Source: Trichoplax adhaerens (Eukaryota > Animalia > Placozoa). From it: a stretch of DNA of 64,000 bases. The DNA lies in NCBI RefSeq assembly GCF_000150275.1, contig NW_002060962.1, forward strand, positions 186,001 to 250,000, given 5' to 3'. This document shows, in pieces, positions 1 to 12,496 of the stretch; within the stretch, counting starts at the first letter, position 1; each line of letters begins with the position of its first letter. Under the pieces are notes generated by a model, which saw only the letters and a program-made list of their open reading frames with translations, did no database searches and was not told where the DNA came from. A program made the position numbers and the translations under genes.

Positions 1-1914
1 TTCTTCTTTAGCAAAGGAAGATAATAATCCAACAGCAGATGCTGATGATAAACTCGATGAGATTCAGAGTCAAAATGATCCCAACTCAAAAGGCCACCCA
101 ATAGAAAAGCAATTTCAAGTCCTAAACACTGTAGGTTCTATCCACTAGGATCAAAGACGACAACCAAAATGCTACATAATTTTGGATTGCTTTGAATCAA
201 AATTACTTATGCTTAATACTGTAATCCAATATTCAATCACGAATAACAAGTAGAGATATTGTATCACTAATTCTTGAGTTATACTTTTTGCAATTATATA
301 ATGTAATGAATTGCTAAAATCTAGCTTGCATCATGTCATATGTAGGAAGAAATACGTCATATTAAAAGCATACAACGATGAAAAGGTGCTATATTTTGGT
401 ATGAAACAAGTTTCTGAATGGATAAAGTTAGTATTGCAGTTAGCTAGAAAGCGAGGAAACGCTCCTGAGCTATTTGTTATTCGCAAAGTAATGCTATTTA
501 AAAATATATCTATTTCTATTTATATAATCGGAGATAGATATTATGTATGATTCATAATGTCTTAGAAACATGGAGAAAATAGTATTAATACTTATCTTAT
601 CTTATTTGAAGGCTAATCAATATAAAGATGTAATTTTACAACCTCATAATTACGTTCTGTTGATCCTGGAAGTCATCTATTTGTGGGGAGCAATTAGGAT
701 TTGTGGTGATCACCAGCTTAGACAGTTCTTAATTGGTAATGCTACGCGGAAGAGGCAGCATATTAATTTTACAAAGTGACTTATTGGAACTACACAATAT
801 ATAACTTATACCCATAACAAGCATTCCTCTATAATTTATTAGAAACTGAAAGATCTCAAGAATCATACATATCCTCTCTACAAGTATTTATGCTGGGTAT
901 TTTACATTTACAACTACGAGATATTCAGCTGGCTGAGCAGGTAAACCAATTTTAAGACTACTCGTATACATTAGGGATTTAAATATACGTGCAATGCGAG
1001 TGTACAAATATTGTACTACTTATACGAGTATTACTGTAAACTTACAGTAGAGCATACTAATAAGGCGTCTGTGCAGTTTTAATAGATTTAAGGTATTTAC
1101 AAACAGCTATTTCTCTCGAGGTTTTAATTAATTCCTATTAAATAATTGTATGCTCCTTAGTATTTGAAAGAAGCAGTTCGTATCTCCAAGAAATCTCGGC
1201 AAGATAACTATATTGCACCATATGCTACTTACGAGTTAGGATTACTATTAACCGAACATGCACAGGTACGAATCATTATAATTATGATATTATCGCCGTC
1301 GGGTTTACTAACCCTGATGTATCGGCATTTACTTAAGTGGATACCTCCGTGGATGGAGGTGGTAGTTGAGAGTCCATCGATACTGTAGCACACAAATTAT
1401 TATGGAAGAAGAGTATACTTATTCTGAATAGGAAAAGAGAGATAACCGGGTTCTAACATCCGCTGGAGGGGATAGCAACAACTGAACTCCTCGTTCAACT
1501 ATAGATACACTACATATATATATATAAAATTGTTACATAACACAGTATCTACATTGTGGCATACTACATGCGAGTAAGAGAATGAAAAGCATTCTAGCAA
1601 ATACTGTAGTGAGTAACATACTACAATAATAAATACTTTTTTGAAGCTATACAGTAAGAATCAAACGTAGTTAAATTACGTAATAACGATAATAAATCTG
1701 CCATTTTACTTGATAATTAGGGTGTCAGTCAAGGAAAATCACTTTTAAATCAAGCAAAGGTATATTTATCTACTTCTAGAATCTCTTAATAACGTAATTT
1801 CCATATCAATACTAACATGTCACTGTAACGTATATCAAGGACAATTATAGCGGCTACGACCTGGAAAATCGATTACATTTTAGAATTCATTCGGCTTTAA
1901 GCAGATTAAAATAG
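1..1914 (+). CDS. TTC39C: Tetratricopeptide repeat protein 39C-like, 3' part (multi-exon, 5' end outside window)
   Basis: Spliced exons read ...KRGNAPELFVIRK|ANQYKD...LILEVIYLWGAIRIC...LYKYFMLGILH...YIAPYATYELGLLL...|GVSQGKSLLNQAK|DNYSGYDLENRLHFRIHSALSRLK* (TAG 1912-1914). This matches the TTC39C C-terminus (EVLYLW, PYACYELG, YDFENRLHVRIH). Exon boundaries upstream of ~346 are uncertain. Confidence 0.85.
1294..1515. other. GC-richer, multi-hairpin element inside a TTC39C intron (possible structured ncRNA)
   Basis: Stems GCCG..GGGTT/AACCC..CGGC, ACCTCC/GGAGGT, TAGTTGA/TCAACTA and CTTATT/AATAGG lie in an otherwise AT-rich intron. No known family was recognised. Confidence 0.35.
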
Positions 1915-2399
1915 AAACAAGATAAAGAATCTGTATATTTAATTCTATACTCTGTCTGCTATGAAAGTATGCATATTCTATTCTAAAATTTTTTCAAATT
2001 TTGGATTGTTTCATTACATTTAAATGATTTAATAATCTTTATTACACCCAGCTTTATAATCTATGTGAAGGAGGAAATATTTCACTCACTATTAGCACGG
2101 AATTATAAGAAATCGTACGAATTTCACTTATTCCTATTTTATACAGTATGTCAGGATTGGTAGTCTATACATAATTTATGTAAGCTGTATATCACGTTGA
2201 TAAATGCTTACATTAATCAATATATCAAATTAGCGAAAGGACTTATTTATCAAGATTTTTTTTATAGTTCGACAATATATTGTCATTACGGTAATAGTAA
2301 TATTTAATATCAGTAAATCAGCGTGATAAATAATGTTTAGAAGTGTAGATTTTATCTATTTATATTATCAATATAAAATAAGGATAATCTTGCTTTCTA

Positions 2400-4817
2400 T
2401 CATAAAAATATATCCCATTTTGTACTAGTTATATCGTGATTTCCTGGTCCAGAATTCTCATTGCCGGGCGTTTGCGTTCGCAGTGAACGGTCTTGAACTT
2501 TTTTACTTTTATTAGCAGCGACATTGGCCAGTTCGTTATGTCCACCTCTATCATTGTCGTCATTATCAAACTTCGATCTTTTATTCTGAAGTGGCCTGAA
2601 TATAGGTCAAACCTAAATTAGTCAGTTTCTCCTGAGATGCTTGATAGGTGTCTATCTAATATCTATTAAAGTTAATTTTTGCTAATGGCCGCGTCGATCG
2701 TTAATTCATCTACACCTAGAAATACTATTTATTTATTTAGCTACAGAGCTGCCAATGTAATATAAAAAGTATTTACAATTACATCACATCAAGATAATCA
2801 TACTGTATTGTAGTATTTAAGCTATTTACTGCTTGGACAAGTTAAATAGCATCTCTTTATGTTGGTAAAAATTCCTACTTTAATTTAAAGCGTGTTGTAC
2901 AAGCTATCACTTATAACGTAACTGTTTGCTAGTCGATTTTGTTTTCTTTTTGCGGGCATTATGAAAGATTTGTGGATCTGTCGTCACTTCGATTCCTTCT
3001 ATAGTATCATTGTCGTGAGCAGTATTTTCGTCCTAATATGATAAAGACAGTAGCTTACACCATCGAGTATCGAGTAGAGAATACGACTAAAAAATAAATT
3101 AAATGGATTGGCACTGTCGTGACAATTATCGAAAGATGTTAATTTTGTAAATGTTGATAAACAAACCTAGTTACATGCGTATTGCATGTTAGCGCAATGT
3201 TAAGCTAGCTATTGGATCTACTTTATGAGTAGACGCCATCTTGTCATAATATACAGTACCGACCGTATGATGATATTGTATCAATTGCTATTTCGATCGA
3301 TGCGATTGTATAAATCTTAAATCTGTCTTGATCGTGACTGATAAATTGATCCCATGAAATACAATGAGTTCGTGGTAGTGGTATCTAAAGGTGTATTTAG
3401 TACGATTAATAATAGCTAGTGTAGTATTAAATGGTTCAATCTCGTTATACATGAGTTTACAAAATTCAGTCTACGTACATCATCAGCATTGGAAGCTGAC
3501 TGAAATTCCTGTATAGTACGATAATCGCATTCAGAATACTCTTCCGGAGATTCCTGTATACTGCGACAATCATTTTCAGTATGCTGTTCCGACAGTTTTC
3601 TAATTAATGTGTGACACCAACATGAGCTCTAATGAGCTAAGGCTCTAATTATGTATTTAAAATAGTAAATAAATAAAAAAAACTGACGAGAGTATAGCAG
3701 CTTCTCTTTCACCCCTCATCATATTTAATTTTTGGACGTGATTTCTGCAGTCAGCAGCGCTACCATTACCATAAATCTGCAATAAAGAGCAAAGTAAAAA
3801 CACAACTATAGTTATATGCATGTATAATCATGTTGATGTTTATAATACTGAATGCAATGCCATTTAATTTTGAAGTAATTAAGTATTTTTATTATGGTCT
3901 TTCTAGTAATTACGGTATTTCCCTTTTCATCATAATATAGCTAAAATTTAAAAATTTCATAATGGATATCAAGAATATGTAGTATTTAATTGTAATTGTA
4001 AGGTGTTGCTTACTTCCGCAAAGCATCGAGCACCGTATTTTACTGTTGGATATTGAGATAGGAAAAACGCGAGCCTAAGTCAATTGATATACTGTGCTAT
4101 CCTTAATTACGCAAGGAAATCGATTTTGGAGGTAGACACTGTCAACTTGACAGTATGTATAAAAATATTATGGCTTGTGACTCATCAGTAGTTAAGATAG
4201 AGGGTCGTGAAATGCTACAGGATATTTTTAAATATTCAACGTTTATTTGGCAATCTCGTCTGGTAATGTACAGTATAACTGTGTTGGATGTTGCTAACAA
4301 GTGTCCTTTTCGATCGCATATCTTTGACAACATTATCTTGAACTGGTATTACCTTATAAAGTCATGAAGAACTATTTTCAACACTCCATTTGCATTAACG
4401 AGTCTGACTACAGTACGTTTATGACAATAACAGTGACAATTTGGATTGAAGTACTTCAGTTAAATTGGTTACCTTTACAAATGATTGCTTCCATCCGCAA
4501 ACCTTACAGCTCCATTTTTTAGCTTTTACTTCCTATAGAAATAGAAGGATTTCATATCCATTGAAGTTGTAGTATAGCATGATCTTGGTTATAAGGCGTG
4601 CATGATTAGACATAGATTTAGATATTTTTAGCTGAATGAAATACGCTCTCCTATTGACTTTCTAGCACAGTCTTGTACTGTACTCTGTCTATACGAGTAC
4701 AGTACCTGAGCTTGAGATGGCTAGACTGCTAGACACTGATTTGAAAAAGCTCCTTACTTGTTGAACTTGAAATGTATGACAGCTAAAGCAGCGAAGGACA
4801 AGAAATGTTCGACCCAT
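2400..4817 (-). CDS. MRNIP: MRN complex-interacting protein (C5orf45/UPF0544 family), multi-exon
   Basis: Exons give MGRTFLVLRCFSCHTFQVQQ|EVKAKKWSCKVCGWKQSFVK|IYGNGSAADCRNHVQKLNMMRG, the CxxC..CxxC N-terminal domain of MRNIP. A low-complexity tail follows, with RKRK and a terminal TKWDIFL* (TGA 2400-2402). The middle exons are less certain. The gene is not visible in the ORF track. Confidence 0.88.
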
Positions 4818-5499
4818 TCTTGACTGCAATTAGGCTAACCATCAAGTTAGAATTTGGTTGATGATGGCGATTTATTATTGCGATTTACTCGACGTCTTTC
4901 AACTGGTTTGACTTTGGGATTTTCGAGCGTGCTATGTGCTACAGTACAGTACTGTAGAAGTGTAGTGCAGTTACACTGTAAGGGCGAGATTAACTTGGGT
5001 ATCACGAAGGAAAATAAACTATGTAGGCTCAATCAAGCCCAAAGTAGATCAAATGTTATATGTAGACGTAGCCCAATAACTGAGGGATGTGAATTTAGCT
5101 TTTATTTCTATAAATTTGTTCTCATTTTCACGTAAAATCTGTCAATAGTCTAAAATTGCTGCAGTGGTAAATGAAAATTGCTTACAGTACTGGACGCACA
5201 AATCCCGCCCATTCTCTACTGTAGTAGTGCACAGTACAGTAGTGTAATTACGGACAGACGTCCAATAGACAAATCTTCGTCCAGTAGTGTACATGTACTG
5301 GACTAATTAATTAATGAATTCATTCATTATAATTAATTATTATTATCAATCAATTTCACATACTGTACTGTACTTTAGTGGGGGGGTAATGACGTCATTC
5401 TTATTACTGTCCAGTATGGCGTCACTATTATTCAATAACAACTCTCAAGGGACACACAATACAATGTATGACATGTATACTGTACACTGTACAGTACTG

Positions 5500-5763
5500 C
5501 CCATCAGCAACTTTGAATGACAATATCTCAAGCATGCAAAGTTCTACAAAATGGCCATTTCTCCTTCTTTCTTGAAGAAATGGCGTTCTTCCATGAAATC
5601 GGTACCACTCGGTAGCTTTCGCCGAGCTGAATACGTACATAGCAAATTTGGTGCATTGTATTAGGTGCTGATGAATTCTGACTTCATTGAAAAGCTTTTG
5701 GTATGGGATTGACCCATCAGCAACTTTGAATGACAATATCTCAACCGTGCAAAGTTCTACAAA
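5500..5763. repeat. ~51-bp direct repeat pair (5500-5550, 5713-5763)
   Basis: CCCATCAGCAACTTTGAATGACAATATCTCAA..TGCAAAGTTCTACAAA occurs twice, 213 bp apart, with about 2 mismatches. Confidence 0.85.
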
Positions 5764-6462
5764 TGCGTAGTTGTATCTGGGACATTCCCCAAGGTATAAC
5801 GACTATACTAGTATGCATGAAATGTCCATCAGGGATATGATGTCGCCATACGAAAGATTCTACTGCTGTCGGCAATTGCCGTCATCCAGTATTAAATGGT
5901 CAATAATTGACCTCTGATCGTTAACAAAAATTAATTATTCTGGGCCAGAACTTTCTCTTGATAACCTCATCATCAACGGATTGGATTGACTACTAAAAAC
6001 AGGATACGGATCAATATAGGTGTCTATGTACTGTAAGAATACATGTTGGTCCAAATGAAAGGTGAAGTCGGAGGAGGTTAAGCAACAAGGTCACCTTAGT
6101 AATACGATTTGTTTTTTCATTCATTGGCCTGATTCGCCCGTAAACAATCAAGGAAATAATTAGGCTAAGAAAATTGCTTTGGGATGATATTGAACATTGT
6201 GAATTGAGATTCCCGGATTTCCGGGCGGGGCCTCAGGTTATGCATCAAGACAACAAGAAATATTTGTTCCTTAGCCTGATCTTTACAATTTTTCTACTTT
6301 CTTTTATCGGTGTGGAGATCAGGACAATGAACAAATGTTAACTGTTGTCTCGTCGTCTTGCAAATATACCCGATTCAAGCTAAATCAAACCGTAAACAAG
6401 TTGCACACAACGTATCGAGATTGCACCTTTTCAATCGACGCCAAATCAAACAGCCCCCCAAA

Positions 6463-9400
6463 ATGGCTAAAAATACTACAACTGTCTTAGATTTACGCCA
6501 GGAAAGATCCAATCCACCATTTTCTATCAATGATATGACAGAATTTTATGATGGAGGGTCGGAAGCAACGAAAAAACGCAAATTGATATGTAAGTCAAGC
6601 CACGTTACTGTACTGTACTTCGTCAATTCATCATGCTTTCATACTTTGGACGGTAACGTTCTTTCACACCTCTTATTCACAATCAGAAAAGTTCTGCTAG
6701 AGTGCTTCTACTGTAATTTCTTCCACGGAAAGTAATGGAGTATTACAGATAAAAGATAGCAAGCTTGCTTGATAAGCTCAAAAGAGAACAAATTCAAAGT
6801 AATGCAGTATTGCAGATCAACGATAGCAAGCTTGCTTGATAAGCTCAAAAGAGAACAAATTTAAACTAATGCAGTATTGTAGATCAATGATAGCAAACTT
6901 TCTTGATAAAGCTCACAAGAGAACAAATTCGTTCACTGGTTTTATGCGCTCTTTACGTATTGTATCCAATCACCACCTGTATTGAAAATAAAATGGATTA
7001 AATCGATCACGCAACTTAGGAGAGCATCATCAACCAATAATTCCAATATCGATTTCATGATGCCATAATACGTTTCATACTTTACCTTGAATTATTAATC
7101 TCTCTTAGTCAATATCGTCATTTGTTGAATCTGGAAATGATAGTACAGTAATAATATCGGAAATATCCCAAGGCGTAACTGAACGTAATAGTAAAACTGC
7201 TATACAGATACCAGCAGTAATAATCAAAAGTAATTTCTGCACAAATTTTCGATATCAAGCAGTGGTCTGTAATAATATACTGTACTGTATATTCACGATG
7301 TTGCACTTTGCCAATTCATGAATCTATCAAATGTAAATGTATATGCTAGCATAATGTACATACTAGTATATTAACGTTTCTAACGATACTAACTACATAA
7401 TTACAGCCTCTTTGATATTAAACAACCCCGCATTTAAATGGCTGGAACGCCATTATTGGACTCGAGACGAGGCATACAGCAGCAATGTTCAATGTTTAGC
7501 AGAAGTTGCAAAAATTCTAAGAAAGCATAAACTCAATGTTGATGATTTCATGCATTACTACTGGCTTGTCAGGTAATCCTATAATTTAAAATTTAGTCTC
7601 AGTAATCATAAAAATTGAATTGCTGTATGGATATACGTCGACTAAATTTTACTAGCTTTTTATATACCTGCAAGTAAAAGTTGGTTACCGTATCGTGATA
7701 AAGTCGTTGGTTGGTTAAGACTAAATAATGGATAATATTACTAATCGGGCACGATACTTTTATATATTATTCTTTAGCACAATAGGAGAGATTGTAAGTT
7801 TCGAAATGCATCTTACTACATGGAAATCTGCTTTGCAGGTATTCTATTGAGATATTCATAAATACACACTCGTATACGTTTTTACTTATCCAATACAATC
7901 AACGTTGACACGTTGACAGTCACGAATGAATACTATTCACTGTTTGTTACTGTTCGCGTTAAACATGATCTTGAAATCGGCAATATACTATACTATATTT
8001 TTTTAGATATATACTATACTGTAGTATACTGCTATTAGTGCTATACTGTACATTGGTAATGCATGTGCTATACACTGTGCGGTATTATTTTACGCTATGT
8101 CGAATTTGTTTTGTGTAAATCTAATGCATTAGCACATTCTAGAATATAAAATAGAATAGCTAACATGATAGTTCTCAGTAAGTAATTTTCCTCGTAAAAA
8201 TATCAACGCAGGATCAAGGTACACCTGAACAACGAAAGAAATGGTTACCGTTAGTTGAAAATTTTGAAATCGTCGCAACCTATTGCCAAACCGAACTTGG
8301 TCACGGTAATCAACTATTAAATATACTATACAATCGTATTTCAACATCTGATATCCTACATTAAAATAATACAGTTGCTCTTATTTATTTACTTGTTTCG
8401 TGATTAATTGAAGCAATTTATTCTTATTCTTAACGCTAAATGGATATTCGTATTTTACTTGTATTGGAATTAGGTACCTTTATTCGAGGATTTGAAACAA
8501 CTGCTACATATGACCCGAAAACTAGAGAATTTATCTTAAATACTCCTACTTTAACGGCTACAAAATGGTGGATTGGCGAAGGTAAGTAATCAATACCATT
8601 ATCTTATCCCTGCCCAATTTTAACGAAGAGAACGCAATCACTAAGTTAAATTTATATGACGCAAGTAACAATATTAGGTCCCTTATTTACGTATTCATGT
8701 TTTGTTTAGTGGCTAAAACTGCCACTCATGCGCTTGTGATGGCTCAATTGTGGACTCAGAATAAGTGTTATGGCCCACACTTATTCATTCTCCAGGTTCG
8801 TAGTCTAGAAGATCATACTCCTCTACCTGGAATTACCCTAGGAGAAATGGGCGATAAATTTGGGTATAACAGCATTGATGATGGCTTCATGCAATTGAGT
8901 AATGTAAGAATACCTCGCGATCAAATGTTGATGAGGCATTCAAAGGTAAGTAAAGATATACAGTAATCTGTATACGAAGGTAACTCGACCCGCGTTATGA
9001 TTTATGTAAATATTTTATATATTGTTGTATTGTAGGTTACACTTGACGGAAGCTTTATCCCTCCTAAAAATCCCAGACTAACTTACGTAGCTATCACTTT
9101 ATATAGATGTCAATTATTGATGTTATGCTCTAACTATTTAGCACGAGCATCTACGATTGCCGTTCGCTACAGTGCAATACGCCGTCAGACTGAAACAAAA
9201 CCTGGGTGCCGTACTTATTTTCATACTCTTTTATGACATAGGATAGATACCATTAACGATATACTAAGATTATTATATAAATCTGTTTTAGTTACGAACC
9301 TAAAGTCTTAGATTATGTAACTCAACAAAACAAACTATTCCCTCATATCGCTGGCGCTTATGCTCTTGCATGCACTGGTCATTACATGATAGATTTCGGT

Positions 9401-11031
9401 AAAAGAGCTACTGAACGGATAAAACTGGAAGATCTAAGTGTCCTAGCCGAGGTTAGACAAATTTCTGATTTCATAGGATATATAGAAATGTTAAATAATA
9501 CCTACATAAATGAACAAAGTAATAACGATTTTGTTTTTATACTAGTTCCATGGAATTAGTTCTGGTTTAAAAGCCTTTTGTACAGAGATGAGTGTATCTG
9601 GTATTGAGGTATAGTAAAAGAACAAACGCTATATGTATAACTTCGAGTAGCCCAATTCTAATTCTTATTTACGAATCTCGCTATTTCGTACTACTACATT
9701 TAGGAGTGTAGACGAGCTTGCGGCGGGCATGGTTATTCATCGGCCTGCGGTATAGGTCATATTTATAATAATTGGTTAGCGTCTTGCACATACGAAGGCG
9801 AAAACACTGTTATGTACCTTCAGTCAGCTAAGTAAGTTTGTAAATTAAATAGACTAAGAAAGACATTTATAAAAGTAAGAGAATACATTAAATTAACAAT
9901 TTTTTAGATATTTACTTCGTTGTGTCAAGAATCCAAAGTCTGCACCTTTAGGTGTATCAGCAGTCTTACATAATCCACCATGTAAACATTGGGATATTAA
10001 GAATATGCAAGATCTAGAGAAGACGAATACAGTACTAGAAGCTTATAGAGCTAGAGCATATAAGTAAGTAATCGACACAAATACCGTAACTAGCTCTATT
10101 ATATCATTAACTCTGCAATCTTTGACAGAAAAGTAGCTATTGCTGATAAATACCTTCGCGAATTACAATCTGGTGGCGATACTAGTTACGATGCTTGGAA
10201 TAAATCTGGAATTAAATTAGTGGATTGCGCAAAGGTACTTACAACTGTTTAAAATATTTTAGTTAATCTCGGCTTTAAGTTTTTTCTTCACTATTTTTAA
10301 ATACTAAGTCTATACTATTTTCTGCTCGTTCTACAGGCATTTACTCACTATTTCGTAATAAAGACATTTTTTAATATGATTGAGAAATCGCGCTTGGGAC
10401 AATCTTGTCATCTACAGTTACATAGACTATCTATTCTGCTAGCTTTACATGGCATAGATCAAAATACTGGCGATTTTATGCTCGTAAGTATTCTGAATAA
10501 ATTTACTATTAACACAAACATAATATACATAATTATCGTTGGCGATAAAGATCGTATCATTGTACTTTATTAATCGTCGCAAGTTAAAACTAAGCGAGCA
10601 CTAATTGAAATTATAACATGTATTTTATCAGGACAACTTCATCGATTTTGAACAAATCAAACTCATTCGAGTAAAAATATTAGAATTATTTAGTGAAATT
10701 CGACCGGTCGCAGTTTGTTTAGTTGACGCATTCGATATACCGGATCAGACGCTACTATCTGTTCTCGGTAGATATGATGGCGACGTTTATAACAAACTAT
10801 TCGAATGGGCAAAAGAGGCGCCTTTGAATAAAACTCAAGTTCGTTATCTATTAGTAGTAGTCATAGATTGTGTGTTCGTTTATTTAGCTTAGGAAAAAAC
10901 ATGGAAGAAAAACTTTCATCGCTATTAATTAAACAGTTATTATAATTGATTTGATTTAATTGTTATTTGTATTGTAGGTACATTCATCATATGATAAATA
11001 CCTTCGGAACCTGCTTACAAGCAAGTTATAA
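6463..11031 (+). CDS. ACOX1: Peroxisomal acyl-CoA oxidase 1-like, multi-exon
   Basis: Exons encode DLRQER..., [13 protein letters not shown]...[10 protein letters not shown]|[13 protein letters not shown]...[16 protein letters not shown], catalytic CTYEGENTV and LGRYDGDVY. The C-terminal PTS1 is ...LLTSKL* (TAA 11029-11031). Confidence 0.95.
6733..6930. repeat. 67-bp tandem repeat, 3 copies, in ACOX intron 1
   Basis: Units GTATTGCAGATCAACGATAGCAAGCTTGCTTGATAAGCTCAAAAGAGAACAAATT... start at 6740, 6807 and 6874. Confidence 0.9.
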
Positions 11032-12268
11032 AGAGTTTATGTCGCTGAATTATCTTCGGATAATATTTAAGATAGATCTCAAGTTATCTGTTATCTTTGG
11101 TCACTCAGCTAAAGGCTTGATCTTAGTGATCATACTCGTATGGATTACATCGTACAACAAAATATCTCGATGTAACTCGATATCTTAGATACAAATAGCA
11201 CATTTACGTTTAAGTACTAGCGATACTGTTAGCCTTTTGCATTAGCCTAATTGTGGTATTTCTATACAATTTGATGAGTTAATAGTTATAATCTATTGAT
11301 TGAGCATGGAAGTATTTACGCTCTCGTTTACGTTTTTTATCCTGTCATTATCCACTTATAATAATAATCTTAATAAAGAGAATAATTCAAGTATAGTTTT
11401 TCTTATACTTGTATTGAATGATTGCACCCGTTGCATCTATTGCATCTGTTGTATATGGACCGTTAATATCAATAATACAATAGTACTTTAAACATGTCTT
11501 TCTTAAATTTTTTACTTATTAAGTCGTTCTTATAAGTCATAAGTGAAATTTAATCTAACAATGATAAATGCATGTATCTGTTTATACCAGTATAAATATA
11601 TTCCATATCTTCCAGTGAACTCTGTATACGTGTTTTATTGGTATGAATAGTAAATGTAGTAGAATTACTATGACTTACTATCGGGAGAATTGAAAGCGTT
11701 TGTATAACTTTACCTCATGAATATGGTAGAATACGCATATATATAATTTGATATCGTTCAGGATTAAGCGGTTAAATACTGTTAGCAACTATATAACCTA
11801 ATAGTTAAAAATTACGATAGCATGTATTGTAATCCTTCTGTTTTGTATTAGATGAAATATCGCGTAAGGTCGTTGTGGTTAAACATACTCATATCTAATA
11901 AATAATTTTAATATCAAGTTTACTATTTTCACGACTTGGAAGTACTAATTATAATTAATGTAATACTAACTCTATGGAGGAAGCTCTATTCGTGCATTGT
12001 AAATGAGCTTCTTTACAATTAGATTTTTGCAGAATATACTGCAGTAATTGCTTGATAAATATAGAAATATATACTCTATAGGATCAAAAACTGGCTATCA
12101 GTTTATTCATTCGATATAAAACAGGAACATGCTTGCAACTACTGATCACCAACGCATACCTTAGATTGGTTAGTCTCGTTATAGAAATATCCCCTGCCTA
12201 CGTGTAAAAAATATAATCATCTATAGTTTGACTCCATTTATTACAATCATGAGAATCCAAATAGAGTC

Positions 12269-12274
12269 AAAAAA
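12269..12274 (-). terminator. Pol III T6 terminator
   Basis: AAAAAA on the + strand lies immediately after the 3' strand of the terminal stem. Confidence 0.65.
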
Positions 12275-12417
12275 GCCATCGGTGACGGCGCAGTGCGTTT
12301 ATCCGGTTCCAGTTGATTAGAAGTACCGAAGAGTACGTATCAACGGATTCGGGAAGTCACTATTTGCCAGAGTAAATAATTCACATGAACGAAGTAACGC
12401 AATAGCTAAGCACCGAC
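12269..12417 (-). ncRNA. Candidate RNA polymerase III ncRNA, vault-RNA-like (~143 nt plus U tail)
   Basis: The minus-strand transcript reads GUCGGUGCUUAGCUAUUGCGUUACUUCGUUC...GAACCGGAUAAACGCACUGCGCCGUCACCGAUGGC-UUUUUU. It forms a terminal panhandle with two internal hairpins, and has TATA at -31, a PSE-like box at about -65 and a T6 terminator. The 5' part resembles vertebrate vault RNA (UUAGCU..GCGGUUACUUCG). Confidence 0.7.
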
Positions 12418-12438
12418 AAAAGTATAAAGGGTCGATTG

Positions 12439-12496
12439 TATTTATATATTTTCTTATAACGTTAATTGCTTTAGTTATGGGATTCGCATGACGTCA
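12439..12496 (-). promoter_or_regulatory. Type-3-like Pol III promoter: TATA (12439-12448), PSE-like TCCCATAACTAAAGC (12468-12482), CRE TGACGTCA (12489-12496)
   Basis: The motifs are read directly. Their spacing from the inferred start G at 12417 (TATA -31, PSE about -65 to -51) matches snRNA-type Pol III promoters. Confidence 0.65.

Noticed and set aside
1305-1318. Telomerase RNA template (CTAACCCTGA)
   Set aside because: The template would be sequestered in a GGGTT/AACCC hairpin. No U-rich pseudoknot or CR4/5 is visible, and the element is too short.
12340-12362. U12 snRNA similarity (GTGAC..CCCGAATCC) within the Pol III candidate
   Set aside because: There is no branch-site-binding GUAAGGA and no Sm site. 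TATA plus T6 indicate Pol III rather than a Pol II snRNA.
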